Below are positions 45,751-56,580 of a DNA stretch of 64,000 bases, piece by piece (position 1 is the first letter of the stretch; each line of letters begins with the position of its first letter). The stretch lies in IMG/VR virus record IMGVR_UViG_3300042465_005589, positions 62,001-126,000 of that record. One strand, written 5' to 3'. The translations under genes and the position numbers were made by a program. The notes under the pieces are model-generated. The model saw nothing but the letters and a program-made list of their open reading frames with translations. It was not told the DNA's origin and searched no databases.

Positions 45751-46104
45751 TTATCGTTTTTGTGGTAAATGAAATTCTTGTTGGATAATATCTTTGGCTT
45801 GTTGACGTAATTCTTTAGCTTGTTGTTCTAAATCACGAGATTGTCTAATTAAATCATTTGCCTGTTCCGCTTGTTCATCAGATAGATAAAAAACTTCCGT
45901 TCTACTACCCCCGTGACGAGCAACACCTCTTTCTAATGGTTTCTTTTCTCTTTTTGTAAAAACACCATTACTATAAGTGTATATATTTTTACCCTCACTT
46001 TTATGTGTTAATACATCCGCAGACCAAGTCCCGGAATCGTCTAAATCAGATTTTTTAACAATTCTTAATTTATTAAATTGTTCTTCAGTTACAGTTATTT
46101 TCAT
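45751..46104 (-). CDS. Leader-bearing hypothetical protein
   Basis: MKITVTEEQ. Confidence 0.7.
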   Translation of the reverse strand: MKITVTEEQFNKLRIVKKSDLDDSGTWSADVLTHKSEGKNIYTYSNGVFTKREKKPLERGVARHGGSRTEVFYLSDEQAEQANDLIRQSRDLEQQAKELRQQAKDIIQQEFHLPQKR

Positions 46105-46601
46105 TTTTTATTTCTAATTTTATTCTTTAAGTTAGATAAAGCCGAAATAACAATATCTGTATTATCAATTTGAATTGGTATATTTTTAACTCTAACAATA
46201 CTATCATTTTTAGGGTTTGATGATGAACCATTACCGTTGTTACGTATCACCATTTGGTGTGGGCGACTACCTCTTAACATATTTTGTAATTCATCAATCT
46301 GAGCAATTATTTCTTTCTCTCTTTGAATCCTTTTATGAGAACATTCGGATTGTCCATCAATCACTTCCTGAGTCAAATTATCAATTCTAAGAGTTAAAGT
46401 ATCCATTTGGGTATTCAGAGATATAATTTCTTTTTTTTGTCTCTGAATCACCAAATTCTGTTGTATTGGGTCCGGTTTTAATGCGTCGATAATATCTGAA
46501 CCAAATGTTATAAAAAAGACGGATATACATAAAATAATCAAAGCCCAAATACGTTGGGCTGTTGAAAATGTTTTAAGGATTTCGGTAAAGTATTGAATCA
46601 T
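46101..46601 (-). CDS. TM plus coiled-coil protein (possible i-spanin)
   Basis: One N-terminal TM, coiled coil. Confidence 0.55.
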   Translation of the reverse strand: MIQYFTEILKTFSTAQRIWALIILCISVFFITFGSDIIDALKPDPIQQNLVIQRQKKEIISLNTQMDTLTLRIDNLTQEVIDGQSECSHKRIQREKEIIAQIDELQNMLRGSRPHQMVIRNNGNGSSSNPKNDSIVRVKNIPIQIDNTDIVISALSNLKNKIRNKK

Positions 46602-46612
46602 ACTGATAAATA

Positions 46613-47203
46613 TCAGTCATTCAGGTATTGTAATAATTTTTCTTTAACACCCGCTTGTTTTATTCCTTCACTTTCTCTTGGTGTGTGAACGAAGTTGGAT
46701 AATCCCCACTTTTGCTCATAAAATCCGTTAGAATCTTTTTCACCTAACTCCAAATCATCAATACAAGCCCAATGTGTGATTTCAGGATGGTCAGTTAGAT
46801 ATTGTCTAACTTCGATACATCTTTGTTGTTCGTACATTGTTCTTCTAACCCATTCAAACTCATCAGGTTTATCACAACCGATGTATCGTTTGGTGAATGC
46901 GATTGGAGCTTTTAAGATTCCTTTTGATAAAAAATATTCACCAAGTTCTTCTAATGTCGCAAATAATCTCCAATCAGAGGATACAACGATTTCAGCTCCG
47001 GTTTGTTCTAACACCTCATTTAATACCTTAACGGCTTTCTTATCAAAATCGTCAAATCTAACATCAAGGGGCGCCTCCGAATCGTTGAGAGCTTCCGGAT
47101 TAAGTTTTTTATACTTCTTCCATTTTTTAGCTCGTCCACCCCAATTATTGGAAAGACAGATTACCCCATCATTATCCAAAAACAATATTTTTTTAGTTTC
47201 CAT
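46613..47203 (-). CDS. HAD phosphatase, Swiss-Army-Knife RNA-repair-like (HAD_SAK_2)
   Basis: LFLDNDGVI, IVVSSDWR, CIDD. Confidence 0.85.
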   Translation of the reverse strand: METKKILFLDNDGVICLSNNWGGRAKKWKKYKKLNPEALNDSEAPLDVRFDDFDKKAVKVLNEVLEQTGAEIVVSSDWRLFATLEELGEYFLSKGILKAPIAFTKRYIGCDKPDEFEWVRRTMYEQQRCIEVRQYLTDHPEITHWACIDDLELGEKDSNGFYEQKWGLSNFVHTPRESEGIKQAGVKEKLLQYLND

Positions 47204-47576
47204 CTATTTCTCTTTTATTTATATAAGTTTTATACTTATCAATTATACTTACTTCATACGGAACCCGTAATATCGCTAAACGTGTGTTTGATAACATATT
47301 AACATAATTATTTACATCGTCCGGGAATAAAGGTAACTTTTTTTCTCTTGCCCGCATAACCCATTCCAACTTTCTTTCCTCAATATAGAGATATTTTCTT
47401 CTTTCAACTAAATCCCACAATAACTCGGGGGTTAAAAGACCCAATTTCTCTAAGGTTACAATTGCCCGGTCGGTTGAACTATTTAAGGATGAAACACTTA
47501 TACGTTTCCCTTTTGCTCGTTTGTAATTCAATTTCTTTAATGAATCAAAACTTCTAACTTTTATAATCCCTTTCAT
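47193..47576 (-). CDS. Hypothetical protein
   Basis: 127-aa ORF. Confidence 0.65.
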   Translation of the reverse strand: MKGIIKVRSFDSLKKLNYKRAKGKRISVSSLNSSTDRAIVTLEKLGLLTPELLWDLVERRKYLYIEERKLEWVMRAREKKLPLFPDDVNNYVNMLSNTRLAILRVPYEVSIIDKYKTYINKREIDGN

Positions 47577-47583
47577 AATTTAC

Positions 47584-47796
47584 TTATTTCCACCCAATTT
47601 GTAAATCTGTTAAGTCAGTAAGTGCTGATGTGTAGTTTTGGTAATCATCCCAATTTCCCGCACAATTATAAACTACTCTTACAGATGTTGTGGTATGTTC
47701 AGGAATTTCTTTTACTACACCATTTTCAATTCTATCTCCAATATGTTCCGGAACATAAGTAACTTTGTCCCCTACTTTTAAATCTGATTGTTTCAT
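47584..47796 (-). CDS. Hypothetical protein (SH3-like)
   Basis: VGDKVTYVP. Confidence 0.65.
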   Translation of the reverse strand: MKQSDLKVGDKVTYVPEHIGDRIENGVVKEIPEHTTTSVRVVYNCAGNWDDYQNYTSALTDLTDLQIGWK

Positions 47797-47800
47797 TTCT

Positions 47801-48091
47801 TTATTCTTCTTCGTTAAATTTACTTATTTCGTCCCAAATTTCCTGTGATGTCGCAACTTCACCCATTTCCATAGTAAAACTCTTTAAACCTCTTCTATAA
47901 TCATTACTAAACCATTTACCCTCACCATTTAATCTGACATAGGTTCTGAAACCGTTTAAGTTCCAATGTGGTTTAATTTCACTATTCGGGTTATGAGCAC
48001 AATCACCATACCAAACATCAATACACCCCTCTACACAAGGAACTCTACTGAATTTAACCCACCCTTCTTGTAAGTATTCAGGATTTATCAT
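47801..48091 (-). CDS. Hypothetical protein
   Basis: 96-aa ORF. Confidence 0.65.
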   Translation of the reverse strand: MINPEYLQEGWVKFSRVPCVEGCIDVWYGDCAHNPNSEIKPHWNLNGFRTYVRLNGEGKWFSNDYRRGLKSFTMEMGEVATSQEIWDEISKFNEEE

Positions 48092-48306
48092 TATTGGTAA
48101 AATTTTATAATTTCATCATCATCTAATTCATCCCAATCTTCTTCTTCCTCTTCCGGTTCATTCGCCTCAAGTATTTTTGAGACACTTAAATTGTATAGGA
48201 CATCACCCAAGCTATCCTGTGATAGGATATACTTTCTAATCTCGTCTATTGTAAATGTGTTTTGCATCTTATATGTAGGTATTAACTTTATACGCTTCAT
48301 AATCAT
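48091..48306 (-). CDS. Hypothetical acidic protein
   Basis: ORF in operon. Confidence 0.6.
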   Translation of the reverse strand: MIMKRIKLIPTYKMQNTFTIDEIRKYILSQDSLGDVLYNLSVSKILEANEPEEEEEDWDELDDDEIIKFYQ

Positions 48307-48574
48307 AGAGATTTGCCGAATACTGTAAATATTTTGGGTCGACCAAATATCGGATAACCCTACCTGTGTTCAGATTCTTACTTTCCCAAATGTATTGACC
48401 GGTTTCGTTTAATGTCGGTAATGTTGTTACCTCACTTTTAATACCAACCCCCAACTCATATTCATAATGAATATCACCAACTTTAATCTCTTCAACTATT
48501 ACGTTTCCTTTTGTGTATGTTTTCATCTTATTTTTAACATTTATGTTCTTTATCTTTGTAGATGGAACAACCAC
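48269..48574 (-). CDS. Hypothetical protein
   Basis: ORF in operon; start probably MKTYTK. Confidence 0.65.
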   Translation of the reverse strand: MVVPSTKIKNINVKNKMKTYTKGNVIVEEIKVGDIHYEYELGVGIKSEVTTLPTLNETGQYIWESKNLNTGRVIRYLVDPKYLQYSANLYDYEAYKVNTYI

Positions 48575-48710
48575 AATTACTACAAATTTTTATACCCTTT
48601 TCTTTCATCTCTTTGAAGATGTTTTCAATATTACCGGAATGGTAATTAAATTGGTTTTCAACTCGTTCCAAATATTCTGTAACTGTTTCTGTTTCTAACT
48701 TTTCCATCTA

Positions 48711-49211
48711 TTATCCTTTTAATATTCTAATTGCTCTGTTGGCACATTCATTTGTTAATCCATATCCGATATCCAACGCATCCGGATGATTGATGTTGTT
48801 AGCGGTTCTAACAAAATTCCCTCTCTGATTTGGTAAGAAATCATTATCGTCGTCAAAGATAACATATTTTTCCACTTCGGGATGTTCATTTAACCAATAT
48901 TCAACTTCGTGACCTCTCTCAACTTGGTCTAACCATTCAAATAAACCTTCATTAAATAAGTAAGTACAATCCTCTGTGATATCAATCACCTCACCAGGTA
49001 AGTTTCTCTTTTCCCACATTTCTTTCATCCTATCAAGACCCGCATATCTCCAAGTGGATGATATTACAATCTTGGCACCGGTTTCTTCAATAACTCGTTT
49101 AAGGTTATTGACGAATTGTGGCATAAATTGACTACCAAACTCATCGTGGTCGTGGGAGTAAACATTAAGAACCCCATCAATATCCAAAAATATGACCTTA
49201 ATTTTTTCCAT
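48711..49211 (-). CDS. HAD phosphatase, HAD_SAK_2-like
   Basis: IFLDIDGVLN, IVISSTWR, IFDD. Confidence 0.87.
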   Translation of the reverse strand: MEKIKVIFLDIDGVLNVYSHDHDEFGSQFMPQFVNNLKRVIEETGAKIVISSTWRYAGLDRMKEMWEKRNLPGEVIDITEDCTYLFNEGLFEWLDQVERGHEVEYWLNEHPEVEKYVIFDDDNDFLPNQRGNFVRTANNINHPDALDIGYGLTNECANRAIRILKG

Positions 49212-49289
49212 TTTTAATTTCTTTTAAAATAATAGACACAATTGAACCTATTATTAACACTAAACCTATTACTCCAACTATACTCATTT

Positions 49290-49700
49290 TTATTCTTTTT
49301 TCTTTGGTATTTCGTAATTTTCTTTTAACCATTCAAATAATTCGTTTGGTAATATACACGGGTAAAAATCTATAAAATCAAATAAGATTTCTTCCCAATC
49401 CATTATAACAACATCAACATTAATGTTATACATTTCCTCCATTTCTTCCGGCATTATACCATATAATGTGTTGATGTTTTCACTATTCCCACCTTTGAAA
49501 TATTCACGAACCATATTTCGTCTTCTTTCTTCAGTTTGGTTTAACCACCAAGTTCTAATTTCTTTATTGGTGTAGGTGTCTTCATAAACCATATTCATCA
49601 TTTCAATCTCAGTCAATTCCAACTCTTCCGGTGTAATTTTTGATATCATATCTTTTAAGATTTCTGAATTATACACTCTTGGTTTGTTATAATCACCCAT
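49290..49700 (-). CDS. Hypothetical protein
   Basis: 136-aa ORF. Confidence 0.7.
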   Translation of the reverse strand: MGDYNKPRVYNSEILKDMISKITPEELELTEIEMMNMVYEDTYTNKEIRTWWLNQTEERRRNMVREYFKGGNSENINTLYGIMPEEMEEMYNINVDVVIMDWEEILFDFIDFYPCILPNELFEWLKENYEIPKKKE

Positions 49701-49713
49701 TTCTTATTTTTTT

Positions 49714-49974
49714 TTATTTTTTTTCATACAATATGTCTTTTATTTTTCTTAACTTCTCCCCTGAAGGGTCTGTTATATGTAAAATTCTAATTAAAGAATT
49801 TATCTCCTTAATTTCATATGGTAATCCCCAACCGGAAGAACAGGTTAGGGCATCCCTACCGGTTAATTCTTCAAATTTATCTCTTACTATAGACCTTAAC
49901 GGCCAATCACCAATACTTTCTCCCTCGTGTAGTGGACCAATCTCACAAAACCAATAGTTGTTAATTTCTTCCAT
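49714..49974 (-). CDS. Hypothetical protein
   Basis: 86-aa ORF. Confidence 0.7.
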   Translation of the reverse strand: MEEINNYWFCEIGPLHEGESIGDWPLRSIVRDKFEELTGRDALTCSSGWGLPYEIKEINSLIRILHITDPSGEKLRKIKDILYEKK

Positions 49975-49986
49975 ATGAAATATTTT

Positions 49987-50598
49987 TTATTCTTTATTTA
50001 ATTGTTTAATAATATATTGAATACCTTTATCAGTTAATTTATAACCATCCGGAAATTCACCATAACCATCACTTGTCATTTCCAAATGAGCAGGGTTGAT
50101 TAAATACAAACCTTTCAAAACTTTATGTTGATGAATTACTCTTTTAGCTCCTTCTCTTTTCTCATCGTTAAAGATATCCTCAAGTTTAATTTCTTTAACT
50201 AAAGCAGTACTACCTTTTGTGACAGGGTTATTTTGGTCAATTTGTTCATATAACCCCAATTCTTCATCACCCTTCATCATATCAATTAGATGTTGTTTTT
50301 GTTCTTCTTTATGAGGAATTATAATACCTCTTTCTAATAAATGGGGTCTAGCATACCATTTACAAAGAGAATGGTTTTGTCCTAAATCATTTGGGTCAAC
50401 ATCTCTTCCCATAGGATTAACTAATGCTTCGGTAAAGTCAATTTCATTACCATCGTAAAATCTCTCATTCTTAATATAAACAAAATCCGTCATTTCCACA
50501 AAATTCGGATGTAATGGTAATCTAAAAGAACCACCACCTTCAGACCTCACATACCTTACAAACCACTTATCACCTATTTTTTCTAATTTACCTTTCAT
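49987..50598 (-). CDS. Hypothetical protein (start reassigned to MKGK)
   Basis: The tracked N-terminus spans the promoter. Confidence 0.7.
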   Translation of the reverse strand: MKGKLEKIGDKWFVRYVRSEGGGSFRLPLHPNFVEMTDFVYIKNERFYDGNEIDFTEALVNPMGRDVDPNDLGQNHSLCKWYARPHLLERGIIIPHKEEQKQHLIDMMKGDEELGLYEQIDQNNPVTKGSTALVKEIKLEDIFNDEKREGAKRVIHQHKVLKGLYLINPAHLEMTSDGYGEFPDGYKLTDKGIQYIIKQLNKE

Positions 50599-50681
50599 AT
50601 TCAATTGTTTTATGGGACAAAGATAAACAAAAAATCCCAATAAAAAAATTATTGGGATTAAAAAAACATTATTGTAAAATG

Positions 50682-52550
50682 TTATTCAGGTTTAACTTCT
50701 TCAAACTCTACATCTGAAGCGTTTATATCTGATTCCGGTGTCTCACTCTCATTTACACTATTGTATAATTCCTGTGTGATGGTTTGGAACTTTTGAGTAA
50801 GTTCTTCCATAATCGTTTTAACATTTTCCACATCTTTATTAGAATGAGATTCTTTCAAAGTATCAAGAATAGTTGTTATTTCTGTTTTTTGTTCTTCAGA
50901 AATCTTATCCTCTAAATCCGTTAAAGATTTACCTGTTTGGAATATCAGGTTGTCAGCAGAGTTTAATGTATCCACATCTTCTTTAACTTTTTTGTCCGCT
51001 TCAGCATTTTCTTCAGCTTCAGCCTTCATTCTTTCAATGTCTTCTTGAGATAGTCCCGTTGAACCCTCAATTCTAATTGATTGTGTTTTGTTTGTTGCTT
51101 TGTCAACCGCAGATACGTTGATGATACCATTCGCATCAATATCAAAGATAACCTCAATCTGAGGAACACCTCTCATCGATGGTGGTAAACCATCTAAATG
51201 GAATCTTCCCATCGTTCTGTTGTCTTTCGCCATTGGTCTCTCCCCTTGTAAGACGTGAATCTCCACAGAAGGTTGATTATCAACAGCCGTTGAGAAAACT
51301 TGTGACTTTTTGGTTGGGATTGTGGTATTTGATTCAATAAGTCGAGTTAAAATCCCACCCATCGTTTCAATACCTAATGAAAGTGGTGTTACGTCTAATA
51401 ACAACACGTCTTTCACATCACCAGCCAATACACCCCCTTGAATAGCCGCTCCTAACGCAACTACTTCATCCGGATTAACACCTTTTGATGGTTCTTTACC
51501 AAAGAACTTCTTAACCGCCTCTTGTATTGCTGGGATTCTTGTTGTTCCACCAACAAGGATAACCTCATCAATATCGGAAATCTTAAGTTTCGCGTTTTTC
51601 AATGCCGTTTTACAAGGGTCAATCGTTCTTTTGATTAAATCAGTAGCAAGTTGTTCAAACTTAGCTCTTGATAAAGTTTTAACCAAGTGTTTTGGTCCGG
51701 TCGCATCAGCACTTAAATAAGGTAAGTTGATTTCTGTCTGAGGAGATGAAGATAATTCAACCTTCGCTTTCTCAGCACCTTCTCTTAACCTTTGTAATGC
51801 CATTGCGTCTTTTGAGATGTCTATACCACCATTATCGTTCTTAAATTCTTCAACCAAGTAATCGATAATGACTCTGTCAAAGTCGTCCCCTCCTAAGTGA
51901 GTGTCTCCATCGGTAGATAATACCTCAAACACACCTCCACCTAAGTCAAGAATAGACACGTCGTGAGTTCCCCCTCCGCAGTCAAACACAACAATTTTAC
52001 TATCACCCTTTTTGTCAAGACCGTACGCAAGAGCCGCCGCGGTTGGTTCGTTGATAATACGACGAACATTTAATCCGGCAATTTCACCCGCCTCTTTTGT
52101 AGCCTGACGTTGGGCGTCGTTAAAGTAAGCTGGAACGGTGATTACCGCATCAGTTACTGATTCACCCAAATAATCTTCAGCAGTTTGTTTCATCTTTTGT
52201 AAGATGATTGCCGATAATTCTTGTGGTGAGTATTTTCTATCATCAATTTGAACTCTTGGTTGTGAGTTTTCATTTACAACTGAGTAAGGAACTTTTCCAA
52301 TTTCGTTTTTACTCTCGTTATAGGTGGAACCCATAAATCGTTTAATTGATGATATTGTTTTAGTCGGATTGGTTACCGCCTGTCTTTTTGCCGGGTCACC
52401 AACTTTTCTTTCTCCTTCGTTGATGAAACCGATGATTGAAGGTGTTGTTCTTTTACCTTCTGAATTTGCTATTACAACAGGTTCGTTCCCCTCCATTACA
52501 GAGACACACGAGTTTGTTGTTCCTAAGTCAATTCCAATAATTTTTCCCAT
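50682..52550 (-). CDS. dnaK: Chaperone DnaK (Hsp70)
   Basis: [30 protein letters not shown]; full length. Confidence 0.98.
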   Translation of the reverse strand: MGKIIGIDLGTTNSCVSVMEGNEPVVIANSEGKRTTPSIIGFINEGERKVGDPAKRQAVTNPTKTISSIKRFMGSTYNESKNEIGKVPYSVVNENSQPRVQIDDRKYSPQELSAIILQKMKQTAEDYLGESVTDAVITVPAYFNDAQRQATKEAGEIAGLNVRRIINEPTAAALAYGLDKKGDSKIVVFDCGGGTHDVSILDLGGGVFEVLSTDGDTHLGGDDFDRVIIDYLVEEFKNDNGGIDISKDAMALQRLREGAEKAKVELSSSPQTEINLPYLSADATGPKHLVKTLSRAKFEQLATDLIKRTIDPCKTALKNAKLKISDIDEVILVGGTTRIPAIQEAVKKFFGKEPSKGVNPDEVVALGAAIQGGVLAGDVKDVLLLDVTPLSLGIETMGGILTRLIESNTTIPTKKSQVFSTAVDNQPSVEIHVLQGERPMAKDNRTMGRFHLDGLPPSMRGVPQIEVIFDIDANGIINVSAVDKATNKTQSIRIEGSTGLSQEDIERMKAEAEENAEADKKVKEDVDTLNSADNLIFQTGKSLTDLEDKISEEQKTEITTILDTLKESHSNKDVENVKTIMEELTQKFQTITQELYNSVNESETPESDINASDVEFEEVKPE

Positions 52551-52682
52551 AGTTAAATAAGTTTTGTTAAAGTATATGTGTTTAATTTTATTGTGTCAAG
52601 CACAACCCACATATTATCAAAATTGTGCCAAAACAAAAAACCTGACAAAAAGTCAGGTTCGTATGTTATTGTGTCAGGTTGA

Positions 52683-53141
52683 TTACATTCTTTCTTTTAT
52701 GTCGTCCAACATACTCTCATCAAATTCTACTCCGTGTCTCTCTTGGAAGTGGTCCAATAATGTCCGAACTGATTCATAATAACCTTTATCTTGTAATAAT
52801 AGGTAAGCTCCTAAATCGGCTTCCAGTTCATCTTTCTCGTCTCTTGGTCCATCGTGACCTAATAATACGTGGGTAACCTCGTGAGCTTCAATAAATTTCA
52901 ATATACTTTTAGCGTCCGGTTGTCCCGTCAATATCTCACCATCAATAATGATTAAATTCTTACCAGGAACCATAAATCCAAAACCATATTCTTCAAAGTA
53001 TCCTTTAACTTGTTCGTATAATGGGTCTTCCTCAAATACCACAACAACCGTAACACCATCTAAAAATTCGCTGGTGTATTCCAATTGAGTATTTTCGTTA
53101 ATTAATTTTTTATATTGAGATTCTGTAATTATTAATTTCAT
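52683..53141 (-). CDS. Leader-bearing HExxH metallopeptidase (start MKLIITESQ)
   Basis: AHEVTHVLLGH..ELEAD. Confidence 0.75.
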   Translation of the reverse strand: MKLIITESQYKKLINENTQLEYTSEFLDGVTVVVVFEEDPLYEQVKGYFEEYGFGFMVPGKNLIIIDGEILTGQPDAKSILKFIEAHEVTHVLLGHDGPRDEKDELEADLGAYLLLQDKGYYESVRTLLDHFQERHGVEFDESMLDDIKERM

Positions 53142-53145
53142 ATTT

Positions 53146-54306
53146 TCACCATTTATAATTACTTTCCTCACCGTGCATAGTCACAAAGTCAGACAATGTA
53201 AGGTTTAATTTTGGAAATTTTTTATTAATCATATTAATAAATAATTCATTACTTATTTTACCCATACCAGGATAGTAATTAATATTATTTGGTCTAAAAA
53301 TTTTTCCTAATGACCCAAATATTATTATAAGGTCATTTTCTAATCCAATTAAAAATTTTTTATTATACTCATCAATATTTGATATAAACCATTTACGTCC
53401 TTTCTCTAATTTATCATCTAATGTTATGTTATTAACAATATCAGTTAAAACATATTTAATACCTTTTATTGTATTTTTTTCATCATCTGTTATCTCTAAA
53501 CCTAATTTTTCTTTATAATAAATTGGTATTAACTTTTCACTTAACCCTTTTTTTAGTAAAAATTTAGTTAAATTAATAAATAATTCACTTTCACTAATGT
53601 CGTCATCATTTTTATCCATAAATTGAGTAGAATCATAATGAAATTGGTAAGGAGATTTTGGGTCTCCTAAATTATAAAAAACATAATAGGATGAACCTGG
53701 TGAGTTTTTAAGATATTCTTTAAAACTATCAAATCCCGCCATAGTGCAAATTGATACTATCTGCCCTTTATCTCTACCCGAACATTTACCAAGAATCTCC
53801 CGATACACATTCCAAGCTTCTTTACTATCCTTCACTTCCGGTGGAACTTGAAAAGATTGTAATCCATCGACCATCCCCAAATATTTAATACCAACAGACT
53901 CTAATTTTTGAATATCGTTTGTGCTAACTAAGTTTTTTTTATCAGAAATATCACCTTGTTCATTATCTTGTTGTTTTATTAAAATATCTTTTGACTTTCT
54001 TTCAAACTTATCAACATCTTGTAATGTTTTAATTTGACCTAAATCTTTAATAGGGTAGTGTTGTTTAAATTTTTCAAAAATATTAAAGTAATTTTTAAAT
54101 TTATAAGCGTCCTCATATTTTATGAAACCGGAACTTAACATTTTTAACAACCATCCGACATAAAATGGTTTTTTTATATTATTAAGAATTTCATTAAACT
54201 GATTTTCAGGGATTAACTCTGAATCAACATATTTAACCCTTAACTCATCTTCTGAGTATTGCTCGGTAAGTATTCTATACTGCGTTTCTGTAATTATTAG
54301 TTTCAT
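53146..54306 (-). CDS. Leader-bearing hypothetical protein
   Basis: MKLIITETQ; YQFHYDSTQFMD. Confidence 0.78.
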   Translation of the reverse strand: MKLIITETQYRILTEQYSEDELRVKYVDSELIPENQFNEILNNIKKPFYVGWLLKMLSSGFIKYEDAYKFKNYFNIFEKFKQHYPIKDLGQIKTLQDVDKFERKSKDILIKQQDNEQGDISDKKNLVSTNDIQKLESVGIKYLGMVDGLQSFQVPPEVKDSKEAWNVYREILGKCSGRDKGQIVSICTMAGFDSFKEYLKNSPGSSYYVFYNLGDPKSPYQFHYDSTQFMDKNDDDISESELFINLTKFLLKKGLSEKLIPIYYKEKLGLEITDDEKNTIKGIKYVLTDIVNNITLDDKLEKGRKWFISNIDEYNKKFLIGLENDLIIIFGSLGKIFRPNNINYYPGMGKISNELFINMINKKFPKLNLTLSDFVTMHGEESNYKW

Positions 54307-54542
54307 ATTTTATCAACCTTAGCTTTAAATTTAACGCCATTTGTTCTTAATATATAAACTAATCTATGATATTGAATTGAGTCCGTCAATGTTATTGAAA
54401 ATGGCTCTATTACCTCAATATTAAAAACTTCTTTTTGTTGTTTGGTTCCCGTAATACCTTTTAACGCATTTAAGTTATCCTCATCCCAAAAGATACCCTC
54501 TTTAATTTTTTTCATCTGAGATTCTGTAATTATTAATTTCAT
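54303..54542 (-). CDS. Small leader-bearing protein
   Basis: MKLIITESQ. Confidence 0.72.
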   Translation of the reverse strand: MKLIITESQMKKIKEGIFWDEDNLNALKGITGTKQQKEVFNIEVIEPFSITLTDSIQYHRLVYILRTNGVKFKAKVDKI

Positions 54543-54590
54543 ATTGATAAATACCTTAAAATTTCATATCATTACACAAAAGTATAAATT

Positions 54591-55289
54591 ATGATAAAAA
54601 ATACCACACCTTATATCGGAAAACTTAAATTAAAATTTGAAAAGTTCCCTGAATATACCGGAAAATCAAAATTAAATAAAATTCACTTGAATTTAGGCTT
54701 CACAAAATTGGTTTCAAGGATTACTCCCGTTAGAACATTGTCTGGATGGGTCGTTAATCCTGAATGTGTTTATTTAATCCAAAAATACACCGGAGGTGTT
54801 ATTGGTGAGCATACTTTTGGAGATGAAAACGAATATAGTTTACCTAATTCATTTTTAACTAAAGACGGTAAATATATCGGAGATATTGATAGAGGTTGGT
54901 GGTATTATAAAAACAATATGGTTGTAAACGAGAGTTATCCTCACGGAGTTGCCACAATTATTGAATATAATGATATGTATCCCGACCAACAATTCATTAC
55001 CGGATATCACGGATATACCCACAGAGGTGGTCAAACATTTAAAATTGGTGATAGATTATTTGACCCATCTTATATACCAAAAGAAGAAGATTACGAAGAG
55101 TGGGAATGGGCTGGTTGGAAACAAAAATATGATAAATCATTTAGTGAAGGTGATGACTTCGATAAAAAATGGATGGCAGAATCAGGAATTGCTTATGTTA
55201 TACCATATACAAAAAGGGGTACTAAAGTAATTGAGACTAATCCAGAAGCTTTACAAGCAGCAATCAATATGTCGAAGGACTTATCATAA
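54591..55289 (+). CDS. Hypothetical protein
   Basis: 232-aa ORF. Confidence 0.75.
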   Translation: MIKNTTPYIGKLKLKFEKFPEYTGKSKLNKIHLNLGFTKLVSRITPVRTLSGWVVNPECVYLIQKYTGGVIGEHTFGDENEYSLPNSFLTKDGKYIGDIDRGWWYYKNNMVVNESYPHGVATIIEYNDMYPDQQFITGYHGYTHRGGQTFKIGDRLFDPSYIPKEEDYEEWEWAGWKQKYDKSFSEGDDFDKKWMAESGIAYVIPYTKRGTKVIETNPEALQAAINMSKDLS

Positions 55290-55325
55290 AAAAATAAACC
55301 CCTACTTTACAGTGGGGGTTTTTTA

Positions 55326-55631
55326 TTATCTAAATCTACGTGGTAATCTATCCTCATATTCATTATCTTCACTATCAAAGTCATCCATTTCATCTTCATC
55401 ATCAAGACCTAATTTACTTAAGTCAAAATCACTAAAATCATCATCCTCAATATCGTCCGGATTAGTTTCATCAACATCATCGTATTTATAACCTTTATCC
55501 AAATCTTCAGTATCACCATAAAAATATTCATCTATTTCTGGTTGTTCTTGTTCTGAAATAACTCTACCCGCCTTATACCCTAAAAGGTACTTCATATTGG
55601 CAATATCTTCGTTAATTAATTTCTTATCCAT
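55326..55631 (-). CDS. Acidic leader-bearing protein
   Basis: LINE..LLGY..VISEQ. Confidence 0.72.
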   Translation of the reverse strand: MDKKLINEDIANMKYLLGYKAGRVISEQEQPEIDEYFYGDTEDLDKGYKYDDVDETNPDDIEDDDFSDFDLSKLGLDDEDEMDDFDSEDNEYEDRLPRRFR

Positions 55632-55660
55632 TTTAATTGTTTTTTATTATAAATATACCA

Positions 55661-56458
55661 TTATTTTAATAAGTTATAATATTCTTTGAAGTGTTTGAGT
55701 CTATCAGGTAATCCAATAGTTCCCCCGTTTACTCTTTTAGTTACCTCAGTTACTGTGGTATCATCCGCCCCTTTATCACAAATAGACCATAGTTTATTTG
55801 AGTCAAAGAAGAATGCCGCTGACGCCAATGGATATTTTGTAGCGACCAAATCAGGGTTTGTGATAGTATCTTCTCCGATGAATTTTGCGAAGTTTTTATA
55901 GTTGTCTTTACCAGTTAATTGAATATATCCACGTCCTCTAAATTTGAAACCCTCTTTTGTTGATTCATCCCCATTACCCATTCTACCACCATATACTTTT
56001 GACGCAATTTTTTCAGGGTTTCTTGCGTAAGATTCTGATAAGTTACCAGGAAAGTATTTTGGGAATATCTTTTTAAGACCATCCGCAGAATAGTTAACAT
56101 TTTCGGAAACCAATTTAAATCCTCCTGATTCGTGACCACATTGGGATAAGAAGTGAGCCAATCTTAATGGTGTTGTAATATTGAATTTTTTTGCCGTATC
56201 CGGAATCTGAGCAATTACTGAATCAGGGACATGACCTTTTAAATTTTCTAATTTAAAGATTCCTTTAATAACTTCACCCAAAAACATTTTTTCCCATGTC
56301 TCATCACCAATAACCCCATCTGACGTTAATCCATTTTTAGTTTGCCATTCTTTAACTAATTTTTCGGTACCAACACCAAAATCACCATCAACCACAGTAC
56401 CTAATTTTGTTTGTAGTTTTTTCACATCTTCCCCTTTTGACCCAACTTTCAATAACAT
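55661..56458 (-). CDS. Endolysin: peptidoglycan-binding domain plus GH19 muramidase
   Basis: LKVGSKGEDVKKLQ..DGDFG; HESGGF, FRGRGYIQLTGKDNY, VNGG. Confidence 0.93.
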   Translation of the reverse strand: MLLKVGSKGEDVKKLQTKLGTVVDGDFGVGTEKLVKEWQTKNGLTSDGVIGDETWEKMFLGEVIKGIFKLENLKGHVPDSVIAQIPDTAKKFNITTPLRLAHFLSQCGHESGGFKLVSENVNYSADGLKKIFPKYFPGNLSESYARNPEKIASKVYGGRMGNGDESTKEGFKFRGRGYIQLTGKDNYKNFAKFIGEDTITNPDLVATKYPLASAAFFFDSNKLWSICDKGADDTTVTEVTKRVNGGTIGLPDRLKHFKEYYNLLK

Positions 56459-56520
56459 AATCTCTAATTTTACAATTGTTTATATGTCAATAAATACCTA
56501 CTCAACAAATTTTACGTATT

Positions 56521-56567
56521 TGTGGGTTTATTAGTTTTTGGTGTTGTGGGTTTATTAGTTTTTGGTG
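56521..56567. repeat. 23-bp direct repeat x2 (24-bp period)
   Basis: TGTGGGTTTATTAGTTTTTGGTG twice. Confidence 0.9.
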
Positions 56568-56580
56568 CATAAAAAAAAGG

